A stretch of 64,000 nt of DNA from Candidatus Eiseniibacteriota bacterium (GTDB lineage Bacteria; Eisenbacteria; RBG-16-71-46). The stretch's first letter is position 1, and each line of letters begins with the position of its first letter. The position numbers were made by a program, and so were the translations under genes. This document shows positions 10,823 to 19,477 of this stretch, piece by piece. The notes below the pieces were generated by a model that ran no database searches, had not been told where the DNA came from, and saw nothing but the letters and a program-made list of their open reading frames with translations. The stretch spans positions 1-64,000 of the forward strand of contig CAVZLN010000008.1 of assembly GCA_963776245.1 (NCBI GenBank), read 5' to 3'.

Positions 10823-11980
10823 ATGCCGCAGCGCTCTTCGATCCTGCTGACGCTCGTCGCCCTCACGCTCACGGCGCCGCCGTCGCCCACGCGGGCGCAG
10901 ACCACGACCCCGCTGGTGGGATACCGCCCGCCCGCCGATTCGGTGCGTCGCGAGATGGCGATCCCCTCGCGGCCGGGCGTGCGCGGACGCATCGACTCCA
11001 CCGGCTATGCGCTGCACGCTGCGCAGATGGCACGCGTCTGGGAGCGGTCCGCCGAGCCGCCCGCGCCCGATTCGCTCGGCCCCCTGCCCACCCCTGGAGT
11101 GGCGGCGGTGATCTGCCCGCATGACGACTTCAGCCTTGCGGGCCGCGTGTACCGGCGCGTGCTGCCGCTGGTGACCGCGCGCACGGTCGTGCTGTTCGGC
11201 GTCTTCCACGGCTACTGGCGCTTCGGCGAGCGCGATCGGATAGTGTTCGATCCGTACCACGAGTGGACCGCGCCCGACGGCATGGTGCCGGTCTCGCCGT
11301 TGCGCGAGGCGCTGCTCGCGCGACTGCCGCGCGAAGACTGGACCCAGGACTCGACCGCGCACGACCTCGAGCACTCGCTCGAGCCGCTGGTGTGCTGGCT
11401 CAAGCACATCCGCCCGGACGTGGAGATCGTGCCGATCATCGTGCCGGCCGCGCGCTTCGAGCGGCTCGAGGCGCTTGCCGACCACCTGAGCGGAGCGCTC
11501 ACTGCGGAGCTCGAGGCGCGCGGCTGGGGATGGGGCCGCGACGTGGCCATCGCCATCTCGGCGGACGGCATCCACTACGGGCCGGACTTCAGCCAGCTCA
11601 CCTTCGGCGCGGGCGGCATGAAGGCCTACGAACTGGCCACCGCGAAGGACCGCGGGCTGCTCACCGGGCCGCTGCAGGGCCAGCTCACGACCGCGAAGAT
11701 CCGCACGCTGTACGAGACCTTCGTGGACCCGCAGCACCCTGATACCTACCGCTGGACCTGGTGCGGGCGCTTCTCGGTGCCGCTCGGCCTGCTCACGCTC
11801 GAGCGAGTGGCGCGGGGCGCGGGCGGGGCCATTGGCTGGCCGGTCGCCTACGCCACCTCCATCAGCGGGCCCGAGCTGGGCCTGCGCGACATCGGCATGG
11901 CCCCCACCGCTCCCACGAACCTCTACCACTTCGTGGGCTACCCGGGCGCCGCGTTCACGCTCGGGGCGTCGCAGCGCTGA
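10823..11980 (+). CDS. MEMO1 / AmmeMemoRadiSam protein B family protein with N-terminal signal peptide
   Basis: AAGGAGG RBS; ICPHDD, GVFH, EHSLE, ISADGIHYG, WCG motifs of the MEMO1 fold. Confidence 0.8.
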   Translation: MPQRSSILLTLVALTLTAPPSPTRAQTTTPLVGYRPPADSVRREMAIPSRPGVRGRIDSTGYALHAAQMARVWERSAEPPAPDSLGPLPTPGVAAVICPHDDFSLAGRVYRRVLPLVTARTVVLFGVFHGYWRFGERDRIVFDPYHEWTAPDGMVPVSPLREALLARLPREDWTQDSTAHDLEHSLEPLVCWLKHIRPDVEIVPIIVPAARFERLEALADHLSGALTAELEARGWGWGRDVAIAISADGIHYGPDFSQLTFGAGGMKAYELATAKDRGLLTGPLQGQLTTAKIRTLYETFVDPQHPDTYRWTWCGRFSVPLGLLTLERVARGAGGAIGWPVAYATSISGPELGLRDIGMAPTAPTNLYHFVGYPGAAFTLGASQR

Positions 11981-12037
11981 GGACGAGGCGGATGGGCGAT
12001 GCCCGGAGCAACGGGGGAACGAAGGCCGGAGCGATAC

Positions 12038-12112
12038 TGGAGGCGGCACCCGGATTCGAACCGGGGAATAAGGGTTTTGCAGACCCTCGCCTTACCACTT
12101 GGCTATGCCGCC
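12038..12112 (-). tRNA. tRNA-Cys (GCA)
   Basis: GGCGGCATAGCCAAGTGGTAAGGCGAGGGTCTGCAAAACCCTTATTCCCCGGTTCGAATCCGGGTGCCGCCTCCA: cloverleaf, GCA anticodon, encoded CCA. Confidence 0.98.
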
Positions 12113-12267
12113 TCACGGGTGCTGCTCTTGCCGTGGGGCGAGGACGATAGCAGGCGGCCGCGAATAGTCGCAAACTCCCTGAACCGTCCCAGTTCTCCCC
12201 CGAGGCTGCGCTCCTGGAAAGATCGGAGCGCTGACCGTCCCTCCCCCGCCTGCTCCCGTACCCACGC

Positions 12268-12834
12268 TCAGATGCCGACCCCGACGTGGATCGCAGCCAA
12301 GGTTCCGCGGCTCCCCGCTGAGATCCGGCGGTAGTAGCCAGCACCGACATTGACGAGGGCGAGGAAGCTGCCGCGTTTCTCAGGGCCGACGAAAGTGCGG
12401 CCCGCAGTGGTCCCCAGCGGATCGGACCAGGTGCGCAGGATCACCACGCGAGCTTCGCCCATGATCGGGATGCCCGACCCGCGCGCGCCTTTCCGGGGGG
12501 TGAAGACGCCCCAGTACCCGAGCCCGAGGCGTCCACCATCGGTGCCGGGACTGAGCGTGACCGTGATGCTGCGCACCCACGGCCCGCGATTCCGCTCGTC
12601 CAGCGTCCCGTACAAGTGGACATACCGCGAGGTGAACGACCAGCGGTCCGGGTTTCCCCATTCGAGGGACGAGACCGAGAGAAGCACGTCGTCCTCGCTC
12701 GGCCGCGCGACGAACCACGAGCCCCTGGACGGTCTCCCCGGCACCTGCGGCATCACAGATCCCGCGTCAGCGCCGTGGCACGATCCGGGAATGGCGATGA
12801 CCAGCAGGAACAGTCCCACGACGAGTGGTCGCAT
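12268..12834 (-). CDS. Hypothetical secreted protein, possible small outer-membrane beta-barrel
   Basis: MRPLVVGLFLLVIAIPGSCHG signal-like N-terminus; alternating strands ending IHVGVGI; TGATG overlap with upstream gene. Confidence 0.6.
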   Translation of the reverse strand: MRPLVVGLFLLVIAIPGSCHGADAGSVMPQVPGRPSRGSWFVARPSEDDVLLSVSSLEWGNPDRWSFTSRYVHLYGTLDERNRGPWVRSITVTLSPGTDGGRLGLGYWGVFTPRKGARGSGIPIMGEARVVILRTWSDPLGTTAGRTFVGPEKRGSFLALVNVGAGYYRRISAGSRGTLAAIHVGVGI

Positions 12835-13565
12835 CAGCCCTTCACACCACCCTCCGGGACCGCCTCCCCTCCACCCACGAGCGCCACGCCGCTGGCCAGC
12901 AGGGGCCCGACGAAGAGCACGGCAGTGGCGATCTTCGTGAGGAACAGAAGGTTCGGAAAATGCCCGGGGGCGAAGTAGTACCCGAGGAAGAACAACGACA
13001 GAGCGACCAGCAGCGCGCCCGCCACGCGGGGCCAGCGACGGGATAGATACGCCAGGAGGAAGAACGGGACCGTCGTGACGAGCAGTTGCATGAACATGCC
13101 GACCGGATCCTTGAGATCCCCGAAGACGTTGAACACTCCCCAGGCGCAACCGAAGATGAGCAGGACCCGGAAGGCCGTCTTGTGCGGGCCCCAGTACGTG
13201 AACAGCGAGCTGAACATCCAGGTGAACCAGAGCAGGGCCAGGTAGACGAGGGAGAGCTCCTCGGGCTCCCTGAGAACACCGCCCGAGCGCGTGTAGCCAT
13301 AGAGGATGAACGCGACGAGCCCGGTGATGACGAAGGCGTGATACGCAGCGCGATGGGCCGCGCGGCGCTGGAATTCGTCCTGGTCCCTGAGCCAGCCCAG
13401 CTCGCGCAGGATGCCTGGACCGAAGGTGCCCACTCCCGTCAGAGCGAGGAAGCCCCAGTGCTTCCCCGTGAGCGCGAAGCCGAGCAGGGCCAGGCCGCCC
13501 CCGATCAGCGTGGCTGGAGAGGGTCGCTAGCGGAACCAGCCTGAAATAGCGGCCATGGTGTTCAT
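12834..13565 (-). CDS. Multi-pass membrane protein with in-frame TAG at codon 13
   Basis: Hydrophobic ORF 12834-13433 (DEFQRRAAHRAAYHAF motif) extends in frame to ATG 13565 across a TAG at 13527-13529. Confidence 0.65.
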
Positions 13566-13721
13566 CCTTATCGGTTGGGGTCCGTCGCGTCCTCGATCAG
13601 TCGTTGGCATCCAGCGAGATCGGATCGAGCGGAATCGGCGGGTGGTCCGCCGCGGCCAGACCGGCGCACACCGTGAGGGCCTCGACGACCAGGCCCAGTC
13701 CCATCACGGCGAGTCCGGTTG

Positions 13722-13982
13722 TCATCCCGCGCCCTTTCTCTTCCGGCTGCTCGCGGGGCCGCGATTCCGATCGGTCCCGCCGAGGATGAAGACCTCTTCG
13801 ACCGAGGCCCCGAACACTCTGGCGATCCGGATCGCCAGGCCGACCGACGGGTTGTACATCCCGCCTTCGATCGCCACGACGGTCTGTCGGCTCACGCCGA
13901 CGCGCCTGGCCAGTTCTTCCTGGGTCATCTCACCGTTCAGGAAGCGCAGCTTCCGGACCTCGCTGCGGACGCCCTCGCTCAT
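13722..13982 (-). CDS. XRE-family helix-turn-helix transcriptional regulator
   Basis: MTQEELARRVGVSRQTVVAIEGGMYNPSVGLAIRIARVF. Confidence 0.92.
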   Translation of the reverse strand: MSEGVRSEVRKLRFLNGEMTQEELARRVGVSRQTVVAIEGGMYNPSVGLAIRIARVFGASVEEVFILGGTDRNRGPASSRKRKGAG

Positions 13983-13989
13983 GGGAGGC

Positions 13990-14051
13990 AGGATAGGAAG
14001 GGTTCGGATGGCTGTCAAGCTAACTTGACATAACGTCAAGACAACCTGACT
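13990..14051 (-). promoter_or_regulatory. sigma70 promoter (likely leaderless) overlapped by two palindromic operators
   Basis: TTGACA-17 bp-TATCCT-7 bp-ATG; operator TGTCAAG-CTAA-CTTGACA 14013-14030 and degenerate copy CGTCAAG-ACAA-CCTGACT 14034-14051. Confidence 0.75.
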
Positions 14052-14166
14052 CGGGAACCCACACGAGATGCTTGATCGGGCTGCCCTGGGTCCTCCTTCG
14101 GGAATCCGAGGATCGCGCCGCCACCAAGCGGTCGCCACGTAGAGGACGTGAGCCGGACCGTCGCCG

Positions 14167-14790
14167 CTACGGGGCCACCCAGGCTGCTGGCTCGACCAGC
14201 TTCGCGCGGATCACGAAGCGCTCGGCGTCGGGACCCGCGGGGTGAAGCAGATCGGAGGTCACCAGCGTCAGGGACGCCGCTCCGGTCGTGTCGGACACGT
14301 CCCCGCGGTCAGGCCCGACCACGGCGCCCCATTCCACCTCGTAGGTATAGGTGTCCTGGAGCGTGTCGATCAGGATGACATCGTGCTCGCGAAGCGCGCC
14401 CAGACCGCGCGGGAATCCTTCCCGATCGCCCGCGAGGGCGCAGTTGCCCGGTTGCCCCGGGAACGCGGAGGTCACGATGTGGTTCACCACGCGCTCGAGA
14501 TGGGCTGGTTCGGTGCCCTCGGCGATCAGGGCCGAGATCCCGAGCCGCGGGATCTCGATGCGGCCGAACACCCCGCTCTCCAGTGTCATGGGCATCCACG
14601 CGGCCGGCGGCGGCCGCCGCGCGGTCGGACCGATCAACCTCGCCTGGAGCCGTGCCGCTTCGAACTTCTTCGCCTCGATCGAATGGAAGGCGCGCGCCGC
14701 GGTGACGTTCTTGAACCACAGCCCGAAGAAGAGGAGCCCGGCGAAGAACAGGACCAGCCCGGGCCAGTGGTGCAGCATCCGTCGACTCAT
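14167..14790 (-). CDS. Class D sortase homolog lacking catalytic His and Cys
   Basis: GRIEIPRLG, PGQPGNCALAGDRE (AGHRD in active enzymes), LTLVTSD (TLxTC in active enzymes), ERFVIRA; N-terminal TM helix. Confidence 0.85.
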   Translation of the reverse strand: MSRRMLHHWPGLVLFFAGLLFFGLWFKNVTAARAFHSIEAKKFEAARLQARLIGPTARRPPPAAWMPMTLESGVFGRIEIPRLGISALIAEGTEPAHLERVVNHIVTSAFPGQPGNCALAGDREGFPRGLGALREHDVILIDTLQDTYTYEVEWGAVVGPDRGDVSDTTGAASLTLVTSDLLHPAGPDAERFVIRAKLVEPAAWVAP

Positions 14791-14882
14791 GTGGATCCCG
14801 GTGCAACCAGGAAAGCGCCGGCTGGGCCCTCCCGCGCCGCGCCTGCGCGATGCAGGCACGGCCGCGGGAGAGCCACCAGCGG

Positions 14883-16121
14883 CTACGGCAAGGTCACGGC
14901 ATTCGTGTCCAGCGTCACGGCGCCGGTGCGTGCCAGCGCCCTGCCATTCAGGCTCGCGCCAGAGGTCAACGTGATGCTCGCCAGCGCGATGATGTTGCCC
15001 TTGAACGCGGTGCCCGTACCGAGCGTCGCGCTGCTGCCGACCTGCCAGTAGACGTTCCGCGCCAGCGCCCCACCGATCAGAGAGACGGCGGCGTTCGACG
15101 CGGTCGTGAGCGTGCTCCCGATCTGGATGACGAAGACCGAGTTCGCATTGCCCTGGCCATCGAGCGTGACGGTTCCCGTCAACTGGGCCGACGAGTTGAA
15201 GCAGTAGACACCCGGCGCGAGCGTGCGTCCTCCCAGGTCCAGGCTGGTCATATTGGTGCCGCACGGCCGGCCCGCGAGATCGTTGTAGGCCGTCGTGAGA
15301 TCGGTCTGCGCGTTCGCCGCGGTCGGGTCACCGGCGTGGATCGTTCCCAGAGTCGGCTGCCCCGCGGGAAGACCGATGATCGAGTTCCCCGGGCTCACGC
15401 CCACGCTGCCCGTGATGGTCGTGGTCGCGCCGGTGTTGGTCACCGTCGAGCCCCCGAGGATCGAGAAGGTCCCCGCGGTGCCCAGCGTGGCCGGAGGTGC
15501 GAGTGCGGTCACATTCACCGTGGCGTAGCCCGTGATGGCGCCACTCGTCGCCCGGACGGTGTTCGGGTATGCGCCCGCCGTCCCGCCCGCGGTGAAGAGC
15601 CCCGCGGCGTTGATGCTGCCGCCGCCCGCAACCGTGGACCACACGGGCGTGATCGGCACGATGTTGCCGCCCGCGTCCCTGCCGGTGGCCACGAACTGCT
15701 GGGTCCCACCGACGATCACCGAGGCGGGGTTCGGGGTCACCGTGATCGTCGCCAGTGGACCGGGGCTGACCACGATGACCGTGGCGTTGCCCGTCAGGCC
15801 GCCGCTGGCGGCCTGGACGGTGTTGGCGTACGTGCCGTTCACCAATCCGGCGGTGAACAGGCCGGTGGGGTTGATGGTGCCACCACCGGCGATGACCGCC
15901 CACGATGCCGAAGTGGATACCACATTGCCGCGATAGTCCCGCCCGGTGGCGGTGAACTGCTGGGTCGCGCCCTGGACCACCGTGGCCGGATCGGGCGTGA
16001 CCGTGAGCGTCGTCGCCGGACAGGGTCCGTTGGCGGTGCGACAGCTCAGGGCCCCGATCGCGAGCGCGGCGCACAGGAGAACGATCGCGCGTGCTGCTGA
16101 AGGCCGACGAAACGTGAGCAT
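14883..16121 (-). CDS. Ice-binding (DUF3494/IBP-1) lipoprotein with two Ig-like (Big_2-type) domains
   Basis: Lipobox ALSC; two VTP.PA.V..G.TQQF.ATGRD repeats; LGTAGTFSILGGSTVTNTG, LGGRTLAPGVY, NVYWQVGSSATLG, GRALARTGAVTLD. Confidence 0.92.
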   Translation of the reverse strand: MLTFRRPSAARAIVLLCAALAIGALSCRTANGPCPATTLTVTPDPATVVQGATQQFTATGRDYRGNVVSTSASWAVIAGGGTINPTGLFTAGLVNGTYANTVQAASGGLTGNATVIVVSPGPLATITVTPNPASVIVGGTQQFVATGRDAGGNIVPITPVWSTVAGGGSINAAGLFTAGGTAGAYPNTVRATSGAITGYATVNVTALAPPATLGTAGTFSILGGSTVTNTGATTTITGSVGVSPGNSIIGLPAGQPTLGTIHAGDPTAANAQTDLTTAYNDLAGRPCGTNMTSLDLGGRTLAPGVYCFNSSAQLTGTVTLDGQGNANSVFVIQIGSTLTTASNAAVSLIGGALARNVYWQVGSSATLGTGTAFKGNIIALASITLTSGASLNGRALARTGAVTLDTNAVTLP

Positions 16122-16152
16122 GGTGTTTCCCCCTTTATCGGTGTGGACGACC

Positions 16153-17424
16153 TTATGGCTGACGCTTGAGCATCTCGCGATTGATCACCACGAACTCGAC
16201 CCGGCGGTTCAACTGCATGTTGGCCGCACTGGTATTGGGCACCATCGGCTTGGACTCCCCGTAGCCCTTCGACGTGATCTGGTCGGGCGCGAATTGCGGG
16301 AAGTGCTCCAGCAGGTAGGCCCGCACCGCCGCGGCGCGGCGGTCGCTGAGTCTGCGGTTGTAGGCATCGCTGCCGCGCCAGTCGGTGTGTCCACCGATCT
16401 CGATGCGGAGTCCCGGCCACTTGGTCAGCACCCGGCCGACCGTCTCGAGCACCGCGTGGGCCTCGGGCCGGATGGTCGACTTGTCATAGTCGAAGTTCAC
16501 GTCGGAGAGCACCAGCTTGCCGGTGTCGAGCAGCTCCGTCTCCAGCTGCAGCTCGCGCTCCACGATCGGGCAGCCGTCGCGGTCGACCTTGGCGCCCGCG
16601 GGCGTGTTGGCACAGCGGTCGAGCCCGTCGCACACGCCGTCGCCGTCCGAGTCGATCGGGCAGCCGCGCGAATCGACGCGGCAGCCTCGGGGGGTGTCCG
16701 GGCACTGGTCGAGCCCGTCACACACGCCGTCGCCATCCGAGTCGATCGGACAGCCGCGCGCATCCACCTTGCAGCCCCGTGGGGTGTTCGGGCAGTCGTC
16801 CCGGCTGTCGGGTACGCCGTCGCCGTCGGAGTCGAGATCGACCACCTTCTCCTCACCCGCACCGCCGAATGCGAACGTGAGCCCCGCCCCCACCACGATG
16901 TCGTCGACGTGGGACTTCGACCAGCCCTCCTTGGAGAGCTCCAGCAGGTTGCGCGCCTCGAGCCGGATGCCGAGCGCGTCGTTGAGTCGCACCCGCACGC
17001 CGCCCGCGGCCTCGAAGGTGGTGGCGTTCCGGAACTCGCCACTGGCGGGCCGGTACGTCGACCAGCCGCCGCCGAGTGAGACGAACGGGTTGAAGGTGCG
17101 CACCGTCGCCGAGCTCAGCAGCAGGTTGGCCGAGTAGTGGGTCAGGCTCTCCGTGCACTCGGCGCAGTCCTTGGTGCCGGTGTATCCGCCCGCGAGGTCG
17201 AGCCAGAGCGGAGAGACCAGCCGGACGCCGGCGCGGCCGCCGAAATAGACGTCGTCCGTCAGCTTCTGCCCGCTCGAGAACAGGCGCTCATTGTCGAAGA
17301 AGGTCCAGCCGACGAACGGCGTCAGGTAGAACCGCTTCTCCTCGAAGTCGGCCGCGCCTGCGGCACGCACCAGCAGCGCCGCCGTCAGGACGGCGAGGGT
17401 GATCCACGTACGTGCACGCGTCAT
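16153..17424 (-). CDS. OmpA-family protein: beta-barrel, 3 thrombospondin type-3 repeats, OmpA_C domain
   Basis: Signal peptide; DSDGDGVxD..CP repeats; VNFDYDKS, GGHTD, LSDRRA, NRRVEF. Confidence 0.93.
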   Translation of the reverse strand: MTRARTWITLAVLTAALLVRAAGAADFEEKRFYLTPFVGWTFFDNERLFSSGQKLTDDVYFGGRAGVRLVSPLWLDLAGGYTGTKDCAECTESLTHYSANLLLSSATVRTFNPFVSLGGGWSTYRPASGEFRNATTFEAAGGVRVRLNDALGIRLEARNLLELSKEGWSKSHVDDIVVGAGLTFAFGGAGEEKVVDLDSDGDGVPDSRDDCPNTPRGCKVDARGCPIDSDGDGVCDGLDQCPDTPRGCRVDSRGCPIDSDGDGVCDGLDRCANTPAGAKVDRDGCPIVERELQLETELLDTGKLVLSDVNFDYDKSTIRPEAHAVLETVGRVLTKWPGLRIEIGGHTDWRGSDAYNRRLSDRRAAAVRAYLLEHFPQFAPDQITSKGYGESKPMVPNTSAANMQLNRRVEFVVINREMLKRQP

Positions 17425-17497
17425 ATTCTGCCTCCAATGGTGTGGGGATGTAGTGCGCGTTTCCGGGCGTCCCCGGGAGCGGCGCCGCTGTGCAGGG

Positions 17498-17611
17498 GCA
17501 TCTCCTGTGCCACGCGGCCGAGGGCGTAAGCGGCTGGTAACGCTGGCCCCGCGCGGGGGCCGGGCCCGCGCGGGAGCCCCGCGTGTAACTCTGGCGGGTC
17601 GCTATCTACAA
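17498..17611 (-). promoter_or_regulatory. sigma54 promoter with inverted upstream activator sites
   Basis: TGGCAC-AGGAG-ATGC at 17512-17498; GTGTAA 17583-17588 and CTACAA 17606-17611. Confidence 0.7.
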
Positions 17612-17735
17612 TCGCGCGGCCCGCTGGCGCGGGTGTATGCTGCGTGCGCCGGAAGGCGAGGTGGTCCGTGCGTGGCGCCGGTCCGCTCGCCGACGCGCGA
17701 GCGTTCCCCCGCCGGCCGACCAGGAGGATCCCCCC

Positions 17736-19076
17736 ATGCTGCACGCGCTGCTGATCGACGACGACGCGGACTTCCTGCTGGGACTGGCCGAGCTGGCACG
17801 CCAGGAGGGGTTCGTGGTCTCCACCGCCGGCTCGTTGAGGCAGGCACGCGCGCACCTCGGCCGCGAGGCGGTGGACATCGTGGTGGTGGACCTCTCGCTG
17901 CCGGACGGCGCGGGGACCGAGCTGCTCCAGGAGTTGAAGGAGAGCCCGGAGACCGACGTGATCATGATCTCGGGGGTGGCGACGGTCGACTCGGCGATCG
18001 AGGCGCTGCGGCTGGGGGCGCTGGACTATCTGACCAAGCCGCTGGACACGCGGCGGCTGCAGGCGGTGCTGGCCAACGCGGCGCGGGTGCGCTCGCTCAA
18101 GGAGCAGGTCGGTTCGCTGCGCGGGGAGCTGCGCAAGTTCGGCCGCTTCGGGCAGATGATCGGCAACTCGGCGCCGATGCAGAAGGTCTATGACCTGATC
18201 GCGCGGGTGGCACCGACCGACGCGACGGTGCTGATCACCGGCGAGAGCGGCACCGGCAAGGAGATCGTGGCGCAGGCGATCGTGGACCTGGGGCCGCGGC
18301 GCCACCGGCCGTTCATCCCGCTGGACTGCGGGGCGATCCCGCCGACGCTGATCGAGAGCGAGCTGTTCGGCCACGAACGGGGCAGCTTCACCGGCGCGAC
18401 CCAGCAGCGGCGCGGGCACTTCGAGCGCGCCTCGGGCGGCACGCTGTTCCTCGACGAGGTCACCGAGATGCCGATCGAGCTGCAGGTGAAGCTGCTGCGG
18501 GTGCTGGAGTCGGGGGCGCTGACGCGGGTCGGCGGGGAGGCCCACATCCCGGTGCGGGTGCGGCTGCTGGCGGCCTCCAATCGGCCGCCGCGCGACGCCA
18601 TCCAGGCCGGCCGGCTGCGCGAGGACCTCTACTACCGGCTCAACGTGTTCCCGATCGTGCTGCCGCCGCTGCGCGAGCGCGAGGGCGACGCGCTGCTGCT
18701 GGCGGACCACTTCCTGGCCGCCATCAACCAGTCCGAGGGCACCGCCAAGCGCCTGAGCGCGGCGGCCCGCGAGCGCATCCAGAGCTATCCGTGGCCCGGC
18801 AACGTGCGCGAGCTGAAGAACGAGATCCAGCGCGCCTTCATCATGTCCGAGGAGGTGATCGAGTTCGAGGGTCTCACCGCCGGGCCCGCGCCGGCGGCGC
18901 CGCGGCCGGCCAGCGCGCCGGCGGCGGGGGTCGGCGGCTCGCTCGACGACGCCGAGCGCCAGTTGATCCTCGCCACCCTCGAGCGCTGCGCCGGCGACAA
19001 GAAGCAGGCCGCCGAGATCCTCGGCATCTCCCTCAAGACCCTCTACAACCGCCTCCACCTCTACGCCCGCATCTGA
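17736..19076 (+). CDS. NtrC-family sigma54-dependent response regulator (REC-AAA+-Fis HTH)
   Basis: AGGAGG RBS; LLIDDD, GESGTGKE, ELFGHERGSFTGA, LFLDEV, WPGNVREL, AAEILGISLKTLYNRL. Confidence 0.96.
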   Translation: MLHALLIDDDADFLLGLAELARQEGFVVSTAGSLRQARAHLGREAVDIVVVDLSLPDGAGTELLQELKESPETDVIMISGVATVDSAIEALRLGALDYLTKPLDTRRLQAVLANAARVRSLKEQVGSLRGELRKFGRFGQMIGNSAPMQKVYDLIARVAPTDATVLITGESGTGKEIVAQAIVDLGPRRHRPFIPLDCGAIPPTLIESELFGHERGSFTGATQQRRGHFERASGGTLFLDEVTEMPIELQVKLLRVLESGALTRVGGEAHIPVRVRLLAASNRPPRDAIQAGRLREDLYYRLNVFPIVLPPLREREGDALLLADHFLAAINQSEGTAKRLSAAARERIQSYPWPGNVRELKNEIQRAFIMSEEVIEFEGLTAGPAPAAPRPASAPAAGVGGSLDDAERQLILATLERCAGDKKQAAEILGISLKTLYNRLHLYARI

Positions 19077-19099
19077 GCCGCGCCCCAGCCCCCGCTGGA

Positions 19100-19257
19100 T
19101 TGAAATCGGTTCACTCGATTGAAGGATCTTCCCCGCGTGGCGGGTCGAAGACGCGCGATGGATCCCATGACAACCTGGGATGAATCGGGCGGGCGCGGTC
19201 CTGGACAACGAGTTGCGATCGAGGCACCCACCGCGGGCCCGGCGGCACGATTCTGGT
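19100..19257 (+). promoter_or_regulatory. Tandem activator sites plus sigma54-like promoter
   Basis: TTGAAA 19100 and TTGAAG 19119 (19-bp period); CGGCAC-GATTC-TGGT 19243-19257 (non-canonical -12); alternative TGGACA-ACGAG-TTGC 19202-19216. Confidence 0.55.
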
Positions 19258-19477
19258 TTATCGGCGCTTGGGTGCACGGGGTCCAACCGTGTCCGGTGCG
19301 CGCCCCCCTTGAAGCGTCCCGGTCCCGGCGAAGGCTCGGGGGTGGCGCTTTCGCGCCGGGATCGCCGTCTCGGTCCGCGATTGGTGGGATCGGCGAACGA
19401 AGTCCATACTCCAGCAGTCGTCGATGCGCGGGATGCGTCGGAACTCCCTCCTCAGGTATCACGGTCAGGAACGCTCC

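Noticed and set aside
12038..12112. tRNA-Cys as an integration site of an island
   Set aside because: No duplicated tRNA 3' end and no integrase noticed in the window
13527..13529. Genome-wide amber recoding or pyrrolysine
   Set aside because: TAG ends many ordinary genes here (e.g. 21364, 23914, 41806, 43969) and no pyl genes are present
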